Shown: positions 18,935 through 26,498 of the stretch, piece after piece | Layout of the letters: every line of letters begins with the position of its first letter | Numbering within the stretch: the first letter of the stretch is position 1 | Assembly (NCBI GenBank): GCA_963667045.1 | Contig: OY762934.1 | Span: forward strand, 904,510-936,509 | Source: an uncultured Cohaesibacter sp. | GTDB taxonomy: Bacteria > Pseudomonadota > Alphaproteobacteria > Rhizobiales > Cohaesibacteraceae | Direction: 5' to 3' | Length of the DNA: 32,000 bases | Position numbers and translations under genes: made by a program | The notes under the pieces: generated by a model | Seen by the model: the letters and a program-made list of their open reading frames with translations, nothing else | Told to the model about the DNA's origin: nothing | The model's database searches: none

Positions 18935-19828
18935 CTAGTCCTCGAAAAGCGCAGAGCCGTTACTTTGCTGGGAAAGCTCAGGATAGGTCAGGATGAAATC
19001 GTTGCCCGGCATGTGGGGGAAACCGCGAAAATTGAGCTGATTGGCAAACACGGTCCGGCAGGTTGCAAAGCTTTTGTCACACCCGACGAAAACCTTCACG
19101 CGATCGCCGACCTTGATGCCGGAATGAACTGGCAGCCAGAGCTCTACCAAATCCTCAGCACCTGATTGTTGATGGGAGAGAATGTCAAACGCCATGTCCT
19201 TTGCTGCCCCGGATTGGAGCAGCATTTGCCCCATGGCAAGCCGCCCGGCTTCAGGCTGACTATCAAGTGTCAGTTCCAGCCATGTTTGCGACAAGATTGC
19301 GGTTACCTCGCCCTCAAAACTCAACCCCAGAGCATCGAGATCAAGAGTGCAGCGGGTATCTCCCACATTGGCGTCGCAGCGATATTGGTAGACACGCCCC
19401 TTGTCCTGTTCCATATCGACAGAGAGGGAGCGGATCTCTGCCTGAAAATTCTGGCTGTCCCGCTTGATCTCGCCCAGATACCCGCTGCGCAGCAAAACGG
19501 CCTGCTCTGGGTCCTGCCAATTCACACGCCAGGTCTCGATTGTCGCGGCATCATAGCGTCCGCTCATGAGATCCGCCTCGGTGATGCGATCCGAAGAAAG
19601 CGCTCCGGCAACGTCCTGATCGTCGCTGGCAAATCCGTCGCTCTGACGAATTTCAGAGCCAGTGAAGCCCGCATCTGGTTCACAAGAAATGCCTTGCAGC
19701 TCTATTGGTCTGTCGTGATCGGTAAATCCGAGAGCGAAGCCATCAGAGCGCTTGAGAATCCAGCATGTGGCAAGCGTCGTAACACCGCTCGCAAGATGGG
19801 CAGCCAATGCATTGGGAAGAGTCTTCAC
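18935..19828 (-). CDS. g13: GTA tail hub protein (RcGTA g13 type, DUF2163 / BR0599-like)
   Basis: 297 aa. N-terminus LPNALAAHLASGVTTLATCWILKRSDG is typical of this family. GTG start overlaps the g12 stop (GTGA at 19825-19828). Confidence 0.9.
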   Translation of the reverse strand: MKTLPNALAAHLASGVTTLATCWILKRSDGFALGFTDHDRPIELQGISCEPDAGFTGSEIRQSDGFASDDQDVAGALSSDRITEADLMSGRYDAATIETWRVNWQDPEQAVLLRSGYLGEIKRDSQNFQAEIRSLSVDMEQDKGRVYQYRCDANVGDTRCTLDLDALGLSFEGEVTAILSQTWLELTLDSQPEAGRLAMGQMLLQSGAAKDMAFDILSHQQSGAEDLVELWLPVHSGIKVGDRVKVFVGCDKSFATCRTVFANQLNFRGFPHMPGNDFILTYPELSQQSNGSALFED

Positions 19829-20451
19829 AGCTTGATCTCCACCAGTGGGATGGTTGGAATGTCGCCAGCTTCAAAGGCACTGAGGGAGAACTCGAGCTTG
19901 TCGATGTCAAAGCGGACCGGCACATCGAATTTGAAGCCTGCGGTAATCATCACTCCTGTGAGAGGCGCTTCATCAAAGGTGATAAGCCCGGTCTCCAGAT
20001 CAAGCGAAAAGGCGGTCGTTTCACCCCCGTCGAGTGCGACCCTTACCGTGTCAGCAACCGGCTTACCAATTTTCCTCTGATAGGGAGCGTGGAATGCGCC
20101 ATAAGTCTTTAACAGCTGAAAGCCGGTTTGTTCCCCATCGCCGCTGCCGATGACCTGATCGATTGACTGCGGCACTTTGCCGACAGCACAGGAAGCATGG
20201 TCAAAGGGGTCGCGGAAACGAAAGCCATAGAGCCGCCCGCGCCGTTCCTCGAAAAAGGCGATGACCGTTTGCAGATCGGCAAAGGAGCGGACACCAAGCC
20301 CGGCATCATAGCTCCGCCGTGAATCGGCCCAGCGGGCGTTTCGTTCCTCAAAGCCGGAGGCAAGGGTTACCACATCCGTTCGCCGCTCCGGGCCACCAGA
20401 CGCGCCGAACCCTACATCGAGCGGGAAGCATATTTCATGAAATCCAGTCAT
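19825..20451 (-). CDS. g12: GTA distal tail protein (RcGTA g12 type, DUF2460-like)
   Basis: 208 aa. MTGFHEICFPLDVGFGASGGPERRTDVVTLASGFEERNARW matches the conserved N-terminus of the family. In the canonical position. Confidence 0.9.
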   Translation of the reverse strand: MTGFHEICFPLDVGFGASGGPERRTDVVTLASGFEERNARWADSRRSYDAGLGVRSFADLQTVIAFFEERRGRLYGFRFRDPFDHASCAVGKVPQSIDQVIGSGDGEQTGFQLLKTYGAFHAPYQRKIGKPVADTVRVALDGGETTAFSLDLETGLITFDEAPLTGVMITAGFKFDVPVRFDIDKLEFSLSAFEAGDIPTIPLVEIKL

Positions 20452-20471
20452 TGACTTGTTCCGATTGATAC

Positions 20472-20508
20472 AAAAAAGGGGCCGTTTCCCTTCACTGGAA
20501 GTAGCCCC
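20472..20508 (-). terminator. intrinsic-terminator-like hairpin between g11 and g12
   Basis: Minus-strand RNA: GGGGC-UAC-UUCC-AGUGAAG-GGAA-ACG-GCCCC followed by UUUUUUG (plus-strand A run at 20472-20477). Confidence 0.45.
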
Positions 20509-20577
20509 GCCTGCCGTTGCATGTCACATTGATAAGAGCCGAGCGCTTCAAAAGGCGCTATGCAGCGTCGCCCCGAT

Positions 20578-21180
20578 TCAAAGGCCGCGGCGCCCGCGGC
20601 CAACCACCCGTGCCAGTCGGGTTGCGATCTGGTTTTCCGACTTTGAAAACGAGCTGACATCCGGGGTGCTGATATTCATGACGATGTTGACCGCCTGTCC
20701 GCCACCACCCGGCATGGCAACGCCGAGCCTGCCGTCGGCACCGCGCTGAAGCGGCATGATCGCTTCGGCCCCAGCCTCTCCCATGAGTCCGGTGCCTGAG
20801 CCTGTCGGGAAGAGCGAAGGCGTCGAAACCACACCACCCTTGGCAAAAGGGGTCAGCCCCCCCAAAAGCGAGGCGAGCCCACCACTGCTGGAGGAAGTGA
20901 GCGAAGAGAAGAGCCCTGATGCAAGACTTGAGACAGAACCTGACAGGAGTTGCCTGAGCGGCTCCAATCCGGCACTGAGAGCACTTTTGCTAAGATCCTG
21001 AGCCAGACGGCTGAAGACATCCTCAAGGCTCTTGCCCCGAACAATGGCATCTTCAAATGCATCGGCCACCTTGTCGCCGAGCCTGTCGGCCTGTTTCTGA
21101 GCCGCCGTCAGGTCTTTGGTGAAGGACTTCATGTCCGCTTCGACCTTGACGACGGCCGTTTCCACGACTTCATCAGCCAT
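20578..21180 (-). CDS. g11: short GTA tail tape measure protein (RcGTA g11 type)
   Basis: 200 aa. Conserved FAKGGV...GLMGEAGAEAIMPLQRGADGRLGV block. The short length is characteristic of GTAs as opposed to siphophages. Confidence 0.88.
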   Translation of the reverse strand: MADEVVETAVVKVEADMKSFTKDLTAAQKQADRLGDKVADAFEDAIVRGKSLEDVFSRLAQDLSKSALSAGLEPLRQLLSGSVSSLASGLFSSLTSSSSGGLASLLGGLTPFAKGGVVSTPSLFPTGSGTGLMGEAGAEAIMPLQRGADGRLGVAMPGGGGQAVNIVMNISTPDVSSFSKSENQIATRLARVVGRGRRGL

Positions 21181-21246
21181 GAGTGTTCCCTTTCCTCTTG
21201 CCTTTCGCAGGCAAGAAAAGCATTCGGTTTTAGGCTGGACGCCTGA

Positions 21247-21474
21247 CTAGTCAGGAAATGCTGCGCAGAGCAGATCCAGGTCCAGGCGACTGAGGTTGTT
21301 GGCCCGCTGCCCTAGGAGGGAACCGGCCATCAGGATTTCCGTAGGCGTGGCCGCCCAGATTGTTTGTGGCGTCCAGCCGAGACGCTGGCTTGCCAGTGCA
21401 AACAGAAAAAGCCAGGGGAACTTGGTAGCACTCGAGGCCGATCCTCCAGAGGTGGACCGGCCTATGTGGGGTTT
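21247..21474 (-). CDS. g10.1: tail assembly chaperone extension (RcGTA g10.1 / rcc01693-family), -1 frame relative to g10, probably made as a g10-g10.1 frameshift fusion
   Basis: My own translation of the -1 frame: ...KFPWLFLFALASQRLGWTPQTIWAATPTEILMAGSLLGQRANNLSRLDLDLLCAAFPD*. The FPW...LGxxPxxxWxxTPxEL pattern is that of the g10.1 family. The frame is open from 21504 but has no ATG/GTG/TTG before the conserved block; the only ATG is 26 codons from the end. Absent from the supplied ORF track. Confidence 0.6.
   Translation of the reverse strand, partial: KPHIGRSTSGGSASSATKFPWLFLFALASQRLGWTPQTIWAATPTEILMAGSLLGQRANNLSRLDLDLLCAAFPD
21436..21474 (-). promoter_or_regulatory. candidate -1 programmed ribosomal frameshift signal (slippery A-AAC-CCC + 5-nt spacer + hairpin)
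   Basis: The g10 zero frame reads CCA AAC CCC ACA TAG, so the heptamer AAACCCC (21474-21468) is in X-XXY-YYZ register. A 5-nt spacer ACAUA follows, then a 27-nt hairpin (21462-21436): GGCCGGUCC-A-CC-UCU-GG-A-GGAUCGGCC, 11 bp with one G-U pair and one mismatch. Confidence 0.55.
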
Positions 21475-21818
21475 GGCAAGGATTGCCCTCCAGTTGCAGC
21501 ATCTTCAATATCCGGGCTGAAAGTCTCCCTGAGCAGATCGACCAGTGCCGTAGTCAGAGTGGCGGCTCCCCCCTTGCAACGCATGGCGGCGGCTTCAGCG
21601 TCCGAGATCTCAGCACCACCGGCCCGCAAGGCGGCACCGAGGATCTTGATGAGATCACCACTCCGGACCCTGCCGCCTGAAAAGCGTTCGGCAAGAGATC
21701 CGATATTGTCCAATTCCATGCTGTCTTCCAGTTCGGCGAGCGCTGCAAGGGTCAGGCACAACCTGTAGGTCTGATCGTCAAGGCAGATAGAAATTTCGCC
21801 GCGTCGTCTGTTTACCAT
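21462..21818 (-). CDS. g10: GTA tail assembly chaperone (RcGTA g10 type)
   Basis: 118 aa. MVNRRRGEISICLDDQTYRLCLTLAALAELE is typical of the 'gene transfer agent family protein' that follows the tube gene. Confidence 0.85.
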   Translation of the reverse strand: MVNRRRGEISICLDDQTYRLCLTLAALAELEDSMELDNIGSLAERFSGGRVRSGDLIKILGAALRAGGAEISDAEAAAMRCKGGAATLTTALVDLLRETFSPDIEDAATGGQSLPNPT

Positions 21819-21828
21819 CAGATTGCCC

Positions 21829-22242
21829 TCAGGCCGCAGTGAAGGTCAGGGCGCCTGCGGATTCGAGCGCCATTTCGAAGGACAGCTCGTTGTCATGCTG
21901 GCCGGAATATTCCAGCGCAGTGATCTGGAACGCCCCCTCAAGTGTACCGAAGTTGGGAATGACGACTTGCCAGCCGGCAATGGTGCCATCAAAGAACAGC
22001 GACCGGATACGCTCATCGCTTTCGCCATCCTTGAAAAGGCCGCTGCCAGACAAGCTGGCGCGGCGACTGCCCGCCCCTTCCAGCAGTTCGCGCCATCGTC
22101 CTGCGGATTCGGAATGGCTGATGTCAACGCTCTCGGCGTTGAAGGAAAGCGAACGGGCGCGCAAACCGGCGACCGTGATGAAGGCATCATCGCCCTCATT
22201 GCGCACCTTGAGCAGAAGGTCTTTGCCTTTCTGTGCAGTCAT
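21829..22242 (-). CDS. g9: major tail (tube) protein, TP901-1 family (RcGTA g9 type)
   Basis: 137 aa. KGKDLLLKV...FITVAGLRARSLSFNAESVDISH pattern of the TP901-1 major tail family. Confidence 0.92.
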   Translation of the reverse strand: MTAQKGKDLLLKVRNEGDDAFITVAGLRARSLSFNAESVDISHSESAGRWRELLEGAGSRRASLSGSGLFKDGESDERIRSLFFDGTIAGWQVVIPNFGTLEGAFQITALEYSGQHDNELSFEMALESAGALTFTAA

Positions 22243-22307
22243 GGAAATGTCTCCTGGAATTTTAAGAAAATGAGGATCCGGTCAATGGGCCTGACCATAT
22301 GGCCAGT

Positions 22308-22730
22308 TCAGTTGGCAAGGGCATCGGTTACCGCCCTGATCTGCATGATGCCCTGTAGCAGATGGTTCTTGCGGTCGGGTCGCCAATCCTGTCGCTCAAT
22401 CTGCAGATTGATCAGAGCATGGTCGGTCATGGGAAGGTGAACGTCCGGGGCCAGCAACTGGGAACGAAGCAGCGCGAAGATCTCCTGCTGCTTCAGGCGA
22501 TCCTCGCTGGCGGTCCAGACCGTGATGGCAATGCGATGTTCGTCCCCCTGTTCCGTCCCGGTGCTCCAGTCACGGGAATAGGTGGTGGTGAGCGTCAGAT
22601 AGGGGAACGGACTGTTGCGCTTGGGCTCATCATAGAGACGAACGCCACCGAGCAGAGCGATCAGGTCATCATTGCCCTTGAGTACAGTCAGGATGGCCTG
22701 TTCCAGTTCTCTGGAAGCCAAAAGCGTCAT
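22308..22730 (-). CDS. g8: tail terminator (RcGTA g8 type, DUF3168-like)
   Basis: 140 aa. LEQAILTVLKGNDDLIALLGGVRLYDE...PFPYLTL is typical of DUF3168 proteins. Confidence 0.88.
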   Translation of the reverse strand: MTLLASRELEQAILTVLKGNDDLIALLGGVRLYDEPKRNSPFPYLTLTTTYSRDWSTGTEQGDEHRIAITVWTASEDRLKQQEIFALLRSQLLAPDVHLPMTDHALINLQIERQDWRPDRKNHLLQGIMQIRAVTDALAN

Positions 22731-22984
22731 GATTGCCTCCTTATGTAGGCCAATTCCTTCAGCAGGCTGGCAAGTGGGGCCGCGGGCGCAATATCCCTGT
22801 CACCGAAGGTGTCGCGCACCAGCCCGTCGCCGTAGAGGTGCAACTCCGTTCGTCCATCCGAGCGGGAGGTCTCGACAGTCAAGTCTAGCCCCTGCGACGC
22901 TGCCGCAGCTTCCAGCCCTTCGGCCAGGCCGGCAACACGCGCGGACAGGATACGGTCGGCAAGCCCAGTTACGTGGCGGCTCAT
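22727..22984 (-). CDS. 85-aa hypothetical protein inserted between g7 and g8
   Basis: Its ATG overlaps the g7 stop (ATGA at 22981-22984) and its stop overlaps the g8 ATG (ATGA at 22727-22730). Amino-acid composition is balanced, unlike the Arg/Pro-rich alternative frames. There is no counterpart in the canonical RcGTA gene list as I recall it. Confidence 0.6.
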   Translation of the reverse strand: MSRHVTGLADRILSARVAGLAEGLEAAAASQGLDLTVETSRSDGRTELHLYGDGLVRDTFGDRDIAPAAPLASLLKELAYIRRQS

Positions 22985-23316
22985 GTGTCACTCCCTAATC
23001 GCCTGCGTGCCTTGATGATCAGCCAGCATTGCCGGGTGTCAGGATCTTCCACACTGAGGCAGTCATAGAGCTCGTCCCGGAAGCGCAGAGCGGTGAGGTC
23101 CGCAAGGTCATCACGAAAGCGCACGACAAAGGATAGCATGGGAGAATTGGCGTTCTGCTCCGCCTCCGAGCGCTCACTGGCACCAGATGCCAGAGCGCCC
23201 GCCCAGACGACGGCAATTGCTGCGAGCGCCTCAACGCCGTTCCATGGCGTCTCGTCAGCATAGACGGGTTTGAGCAATTCGATCCGGTGTCGAAGACCTG
23301 CCGGATCGAAGTGCAT
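22981..23316 (-). CDS. g7: head-tail stopper / head closure protein (RcGTA g7 type)
   Basis: Taken from the internal ATG 23316 (MHFDPAGLRHRIELLKPV...), giving 111 aa. LRHRI, VWA and SFVVRFRDD are typical of the phage head-closure family. The track start 23490 would overlap g6 by 100 nt. Confidence 0.85.
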   Translation of the reverse strand: MHFDPAGLRHRIELLKPVYADETPWNGVEALAAIAVVWAGALASGASERSEAEQNANSPMLSFVVRFRDDLADLTALRFRDELYDCLSVEDPDTRQCWLIIKARRRLGSDT

Positions 23317-23390
23317 GGGAGTAAGGCCAGCTTGTGCCAACGCACCCTCCTTGTTGCAGTGGAAACAGATTTCGTTTCTCTTGAAACGAG

Positions 23391-23951
23391 CTAGAGGCGA
23401 AGGTTGCGATAGGGCGCAAGCAATGGTCTCAATGCCCCGGCAAGAGCCGGGATAAGCGATGGATCGGCGATTAACCGCCTCTCGTACCATTCGGCGACGA
23501 TCATCTTCATCGCCAACCGCAACGGCTCCGGCACGTCCTCGGCGGTCGGCCCGAAGCCGGTCTCGACGTCAATTTGCAGGCGCTGTTTCCCCGACAACAG
23601 GAAACCATCAAGATTGGCGAGGGTTGCCGGATTGTCCGTCTGGAAAATCGACAATCCCGAGACATCCAGCTCGGTTGCCGTACCGTCAGCCTCGATGACC
23701 GATAGTGTCAGCAGTTCGGCAACGGGCTGCAGTGGCAAGCGAAATGTCTCCCCCAACGGCCCTTCGAGCAGAACACGCCAGGTCTGGGAAACGAGGTGAT
23801 GACCGGTCATGTGTTCCAGATGCACGCGGGCAGCACTGAGGAATGCCCGCAGCAGATCATCCTCGGCATCCTGATCGATCTTCAGATAGGCCTTGATATC
23901 GGCAAGGCTGACCGGCTCCACCTGAGGAGCAGTCAAAAGCATGGCTGGCAT
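23391..23951 (-). CDS. g6: head-tail adaptor / gp6-like connector (RcGTA g6 type)
   Basis: 186 aa. LADIKAYLKIDQDAEDDLLRAFLSAARVHLEHMTGHHLVSQTW is the classic gp6-like connector N-terminus. Confidence 0.88.
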   Translation of the reverse strand: MPAMLLTAPQVEPVSLADIKAYLKIDQDAEDDLLRAFLSAARVHLEHMTGHHLVSQTWRVLLEGPLGETFRLPLQPVAELLTLSVIEADGTATELDVSGLSIFQTDNPATLANLDGFLLSGKQRLQIDVETGFGPTAEDVPEPLRLAMKMIVAEWYERRLIADPSLIPALAGALRPLLAPYRNLRL

Positions 23952-24010
23952 ATCGACACCATTGCAAATGAAACAGTCAAGACATCTGACGATGCAGCTG
24001 ATTCAATGAA

Positions 24011-24078
24011 GAAAAATGCCTTTGCCGAGAGGGAGAAAACCGGCAAAGGCACAAGGTGGGGCGGAGCATTCTCCGCCC
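24011..24078 (-). terminator. two tandem hairpins after the capsid gene, the second a canonical intrinsic terminator
   Basis: Minus-strand RNA after the g5 stop: GGGCGGAG-AAUG-CUCCGCCC (24078-24059), then UGCCUUUGCCG-13 nt-CGGCAAAGGCA (24051-24017) followed by UUUUUCUUCAUU. Confidence 0.6.
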
Positions 24079-24096
24079 GCGGGGTCAGATCATCAA

Positions 24097-25365
24097 TCAG
24101 GCAGAAAACTGCAGAAGCTTGATGGCGTCATAGTCCTGCACACCGCCACCGACGCGCTTGGTGACATAGAACAGGACATAGGGTTTGGACGAATACGGAT
24201 CACGCAGAATGCTGAGGCCGAGACGGTCGACAACCAGATAGCCGCGCTTGAAGTCACCAAATGCCAGAGCACAGGCATCCGCAGCGATGTCTGGCATGTC
24301 TTCTGCCTCGGTGATGGCATAGTTGAGCAACGATGCCTTGGCGCCAATGGCTGCTGGCGGCTGCCAGAGATAGTTGCCATCGCTGTCCTTGAGCTTGCGG
24401 ATCTCGGCCTGGGTAGTACGGTTCATCACGAACTGGGCATTCTGGCGATACCCTGCCTTGAGGCTGTAGACCAGATCGATCAGCGGATCCCCCGGATTGG
24501 TCGCACCGAAGCCACCAGCCGTGCCGGTGGCAATGGTCCCCAACTTGCCCCAGGCCCAGGCGCTTTCAGCAACAACATCCTCAGCCATGAACCCCTTCGG
24601 CTTGTTGATGCCATCCCCATTGACGAAGGCTGCACCCTCCTGTTCGGCGAAAGCGGTTTCTACCTCGGCGGCGATCCACTCATCGACGTTGATGGCCGCG
24701 TCTTCCAGCAGGCTCGGCGTGGCCGCCGGCATGGCATAGAGTTCCATGGCGGTGTAGGACAGCTCGGCAAGAGACGAGGCTCCGGTCTGCGGACGAGCGG
24801 CGGTTTCCCCTACCCAGCCGACTTCCGGGCCGGATTTGGCGAAGGGTTTCTTGAGAGTGGAGCCGGAGATTTCACGCACATCGGCAATGGCGCGGATCGG
24901 CGAAATAGCGGCAAGGCGGCGACCGACCTCGGCCTCAACCAGTTCCGGCACCAGATAGCCACCGTCCGGATCGGAACTGATGGACATGGCCTTGGCTTCC
25001 AGATCACGCAGATCCTGTTCCACACCGGAACGGATATAACGATCAAAAGCAGCCTTGTGTTCCATTGCCCGCAAAGACAGGGGAGCCGCATGGCGAGCGG
25101 TGACAAAGCCATCGCCCAGAGACGGACGGCGCGCCTTGAGGATCAGGTTGTCGAGTGCCGACTGCTGATCATCCAGAGCCTTGGAGATGCGATCCACCTT
25201 ATGTTCGGTGAGCCCGTCGACAGAGCGCTTTTCGATCTCCTGCAGGCGATCATCATTGGCCCGCTTGAAAGCTTCGAAGGAGACGAGGAAATCGTCAAAG
25301 GCCGCACCGAGCTCGCCATTGACCAGCGATTTCGTTTCAGGAGACGGAGTGTTCAGTTCTTTCAT
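24097..25365 (-). CDS. g5: HK97-family major capsid protein (RcGTA g5 type)
   Basis: About 422 aa from ATG 25365; the track start 25398 is a TTG and remains possible. An N-terminal delta-like region with FEAFKRANDDRLQEIEKR is followed by an HK97-fold body. Confidence 0.95.
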   Translation of the reverse strand: MKELNTPSPETKSLVNGELGAAFDDFLVSFEAFKRANDDRLQEIEKRSVDGLTEHKVDRISKALDDQQSALDNLILKARRPSLGDGFVTARHAAPLSLRAMEHKAAFDRYIRSGVEQDLRDLEAKAMSISSDPDGGYLVPELVEAEVGRRLAAISPIRAIADVREISGSTLKKPFAKSGPEVGWVGETAARPQTGASSLAELSYTAMELYAMPAATPSLLEDAAINVDEWIAAEVETAFAEQEGAAFVNGDGINKPKGFMAEDVVAESAWAWGKLGTIATGTAGGFGATNPGDPLIDLVYSLKAGYRQNAQFVMNRTTQAEIRKLKDSDGNYLWQPPAAIGAKASLLNYAITEAEDMPDIAADACALAFGDFKRGYLVVDRLGLSILRDPYSSKPYVLFYVTKRVGGGVQDYDAIKLLQFSA

Positions 25366-25416
25366 GAGGAAACTCTTTTCGTTTGAAATGAGTGGCAATT
25401 TGCGATTGACTCCAGC

Positions 25417-26157
25417 CTAGTGTTTGGCTGCCCTGAGCATGGCCCGGGTCAGAGTGTGCAGGCTGGAAATCGCATCTGAAGGCTCAAGAAAGGCAGCGTC
25501 CTGCGTGCCACCGAGGCCGGAAAGACCGTGGGCCATCAAGGCCCGGGCCTGTGAACGGCTCAGCCCAGCGTCCTGCATGAGCTTGCGTTCCAATTCTCTT
25601 TTGCTGAAGGGAGGATCTTCAGGCGCCGGCGCCGCAAACCGCCCCTCCCCGGATTTGACTGACGAAATGCGGGCATCCGGCTGCATCGGGAAAGTGACGA
25701 CCGAGATTTCCCAAAGGTCCAGTTCCATGAGATAGCGAATGCCGCTCTTGGCATCCTTCTGCCCGCGAACGGTGCGAAAGCCAATGGACAGACCGTCCAG
25801 AATGCCCGCCTTCATCATAGACAGGATCTCGCGTGCCTTGGCCACGTCAAGTGCCAGCCTGCCGCGCACGAACAGCCCCTTGTCATCCTCACGGATCGTC
25901 AGCCACTGGCCGATCGGCTGGGCAGGATCGTGCTGATAGAGGAGTTTGATGCCCTCAAGGCCGTGCTGGGCAAGGCTCTTGGCAAAGGCCCCGGGCTGGA
26001 TCACATCGTGCCCCAGGTCTTCCTTGCCAAACAGGCAGGCATAGCCCTCGAAGGCACCATCATCGCCGACCGTTTCCAGCGCCGATGGCAGAGCCTTCTT
26101 CTCTGTTAGCTCAGTGCCGCAGCTTTTGGCCTCGACACGCTTCGTCAAATTTTTCAT
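25417..26157 (-). CDS. g4: HK97-family prohead protease (RcGTA g4 type)
   Basis: 246 aa. FEGYACLFGKEDLGHDVIQPGAF, LLYQHD and SIGF motifs. The C-terminal tail with RELERKLMQDAGLSRSQARAL is common in this protease family. Confidence 0.93.
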   Translation of the reverse strand: MKNLTKRVEAKSCGTELTEKKALPSALETVGDDGAFEGYACLFGKEDLGHDVIQPGAFAKSLAQHGLEGIKLLYQHDPAQPIGQWLTIREDDKGLFVRGRLALDVAKAREILSMMKAGILDGLSIGFRTVRGQKDAKSGIRYLMELDLWEISVVTFPMQPDARISSVKSGEGRFAAPAPEDPPFSKRELERKLMQDAGLSRSQARALMAHGLSGLGGTQDAAFLEPSDAISSLHTLTRAMLRAAKH

Positions 26158-26317
26158 AGGTTTATACCTGATCTCTTACATTGAAGTCGAAATGAGGCGG
26201 ATACGCGCAACCGGCTCGTGGCCGATGTGGCTTTCCAGCGAGCGGGAGAAACGGGCAAAGACCTCCCGGTGATCGAGCCGTCTTTGCTGCCTTGCTGACT
26301 GACCGGAATGCGGTTGA

Positions 26318-26497
26318 TCACTCGAACAGGCTGGTGAGACGGGCGATTTCCTCGACGAAGTCCTGAAACCGCTTGTTGGACGCGGCCTGCTCGCGCAGGC
26401 ACCAGACCAGAAGACCACTGGCCGCGCTCGCCCAAAGGAAAAGTGCGACGTGGGCGAGATCGCCTTTTTCGGCAAAAATCTGCAAAGCATCTGCCAC
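26318..26497 (-). CDS. 59-aa hydrophobic peptide in the g3.5 slot between portal and protease
   Basis: I place the start at GTG 26497, 1 nt after the portal stop, with GGGGAGGG 7 nt upstream. ATG 26521, used for the in-track frame, has no SD. Sequence (V read as M): MADALQIFAEKGDLAHVALFLWASAASGLLVWCLREQAASNKRFQDFVEEIARLTSLFE, with one central TM-like helix. Confidence 0.5.
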   Translation of the reverse strand: MADALQIFAEKGDLAHVALFLWASAASGLLVWCLREQAASNKRFQDFVEEIARLTSLFE

Positions 26498-26498
26498 A

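Noticed and set aside
19166-20080. 304-aa plus-strand ORF
   Set aside because: It is antisense to g12/g13 and is a shadow ORF.
21251-21508. 85-aa minus-strand track ORF in the g10.1 region
   Set aside because: It is in the wrong frame and has a Pro/Gly/Arg-rich junk-like sequence. The conserved g10.1-family sequence is in the other frame, ending at 21247.
24016-25386. 456-aa plus-strand ORF
   Set aside because: It is antisense to the HK97 capsid gene, with shadow-ORF composition and no recognisable motif.
26154-26435. 93-aa ORF whose stop overlaps the g4 ATG (ATGA), suggesting coupling
   Set aside because: Its composition is Arg/Ser/Gly-rich and shadow-like, and it overlaps the more protein-like g3.5-slot frame. 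The ATGA overlap alone is not enough. It is kept only as a caveat for the 160-nt spacer.
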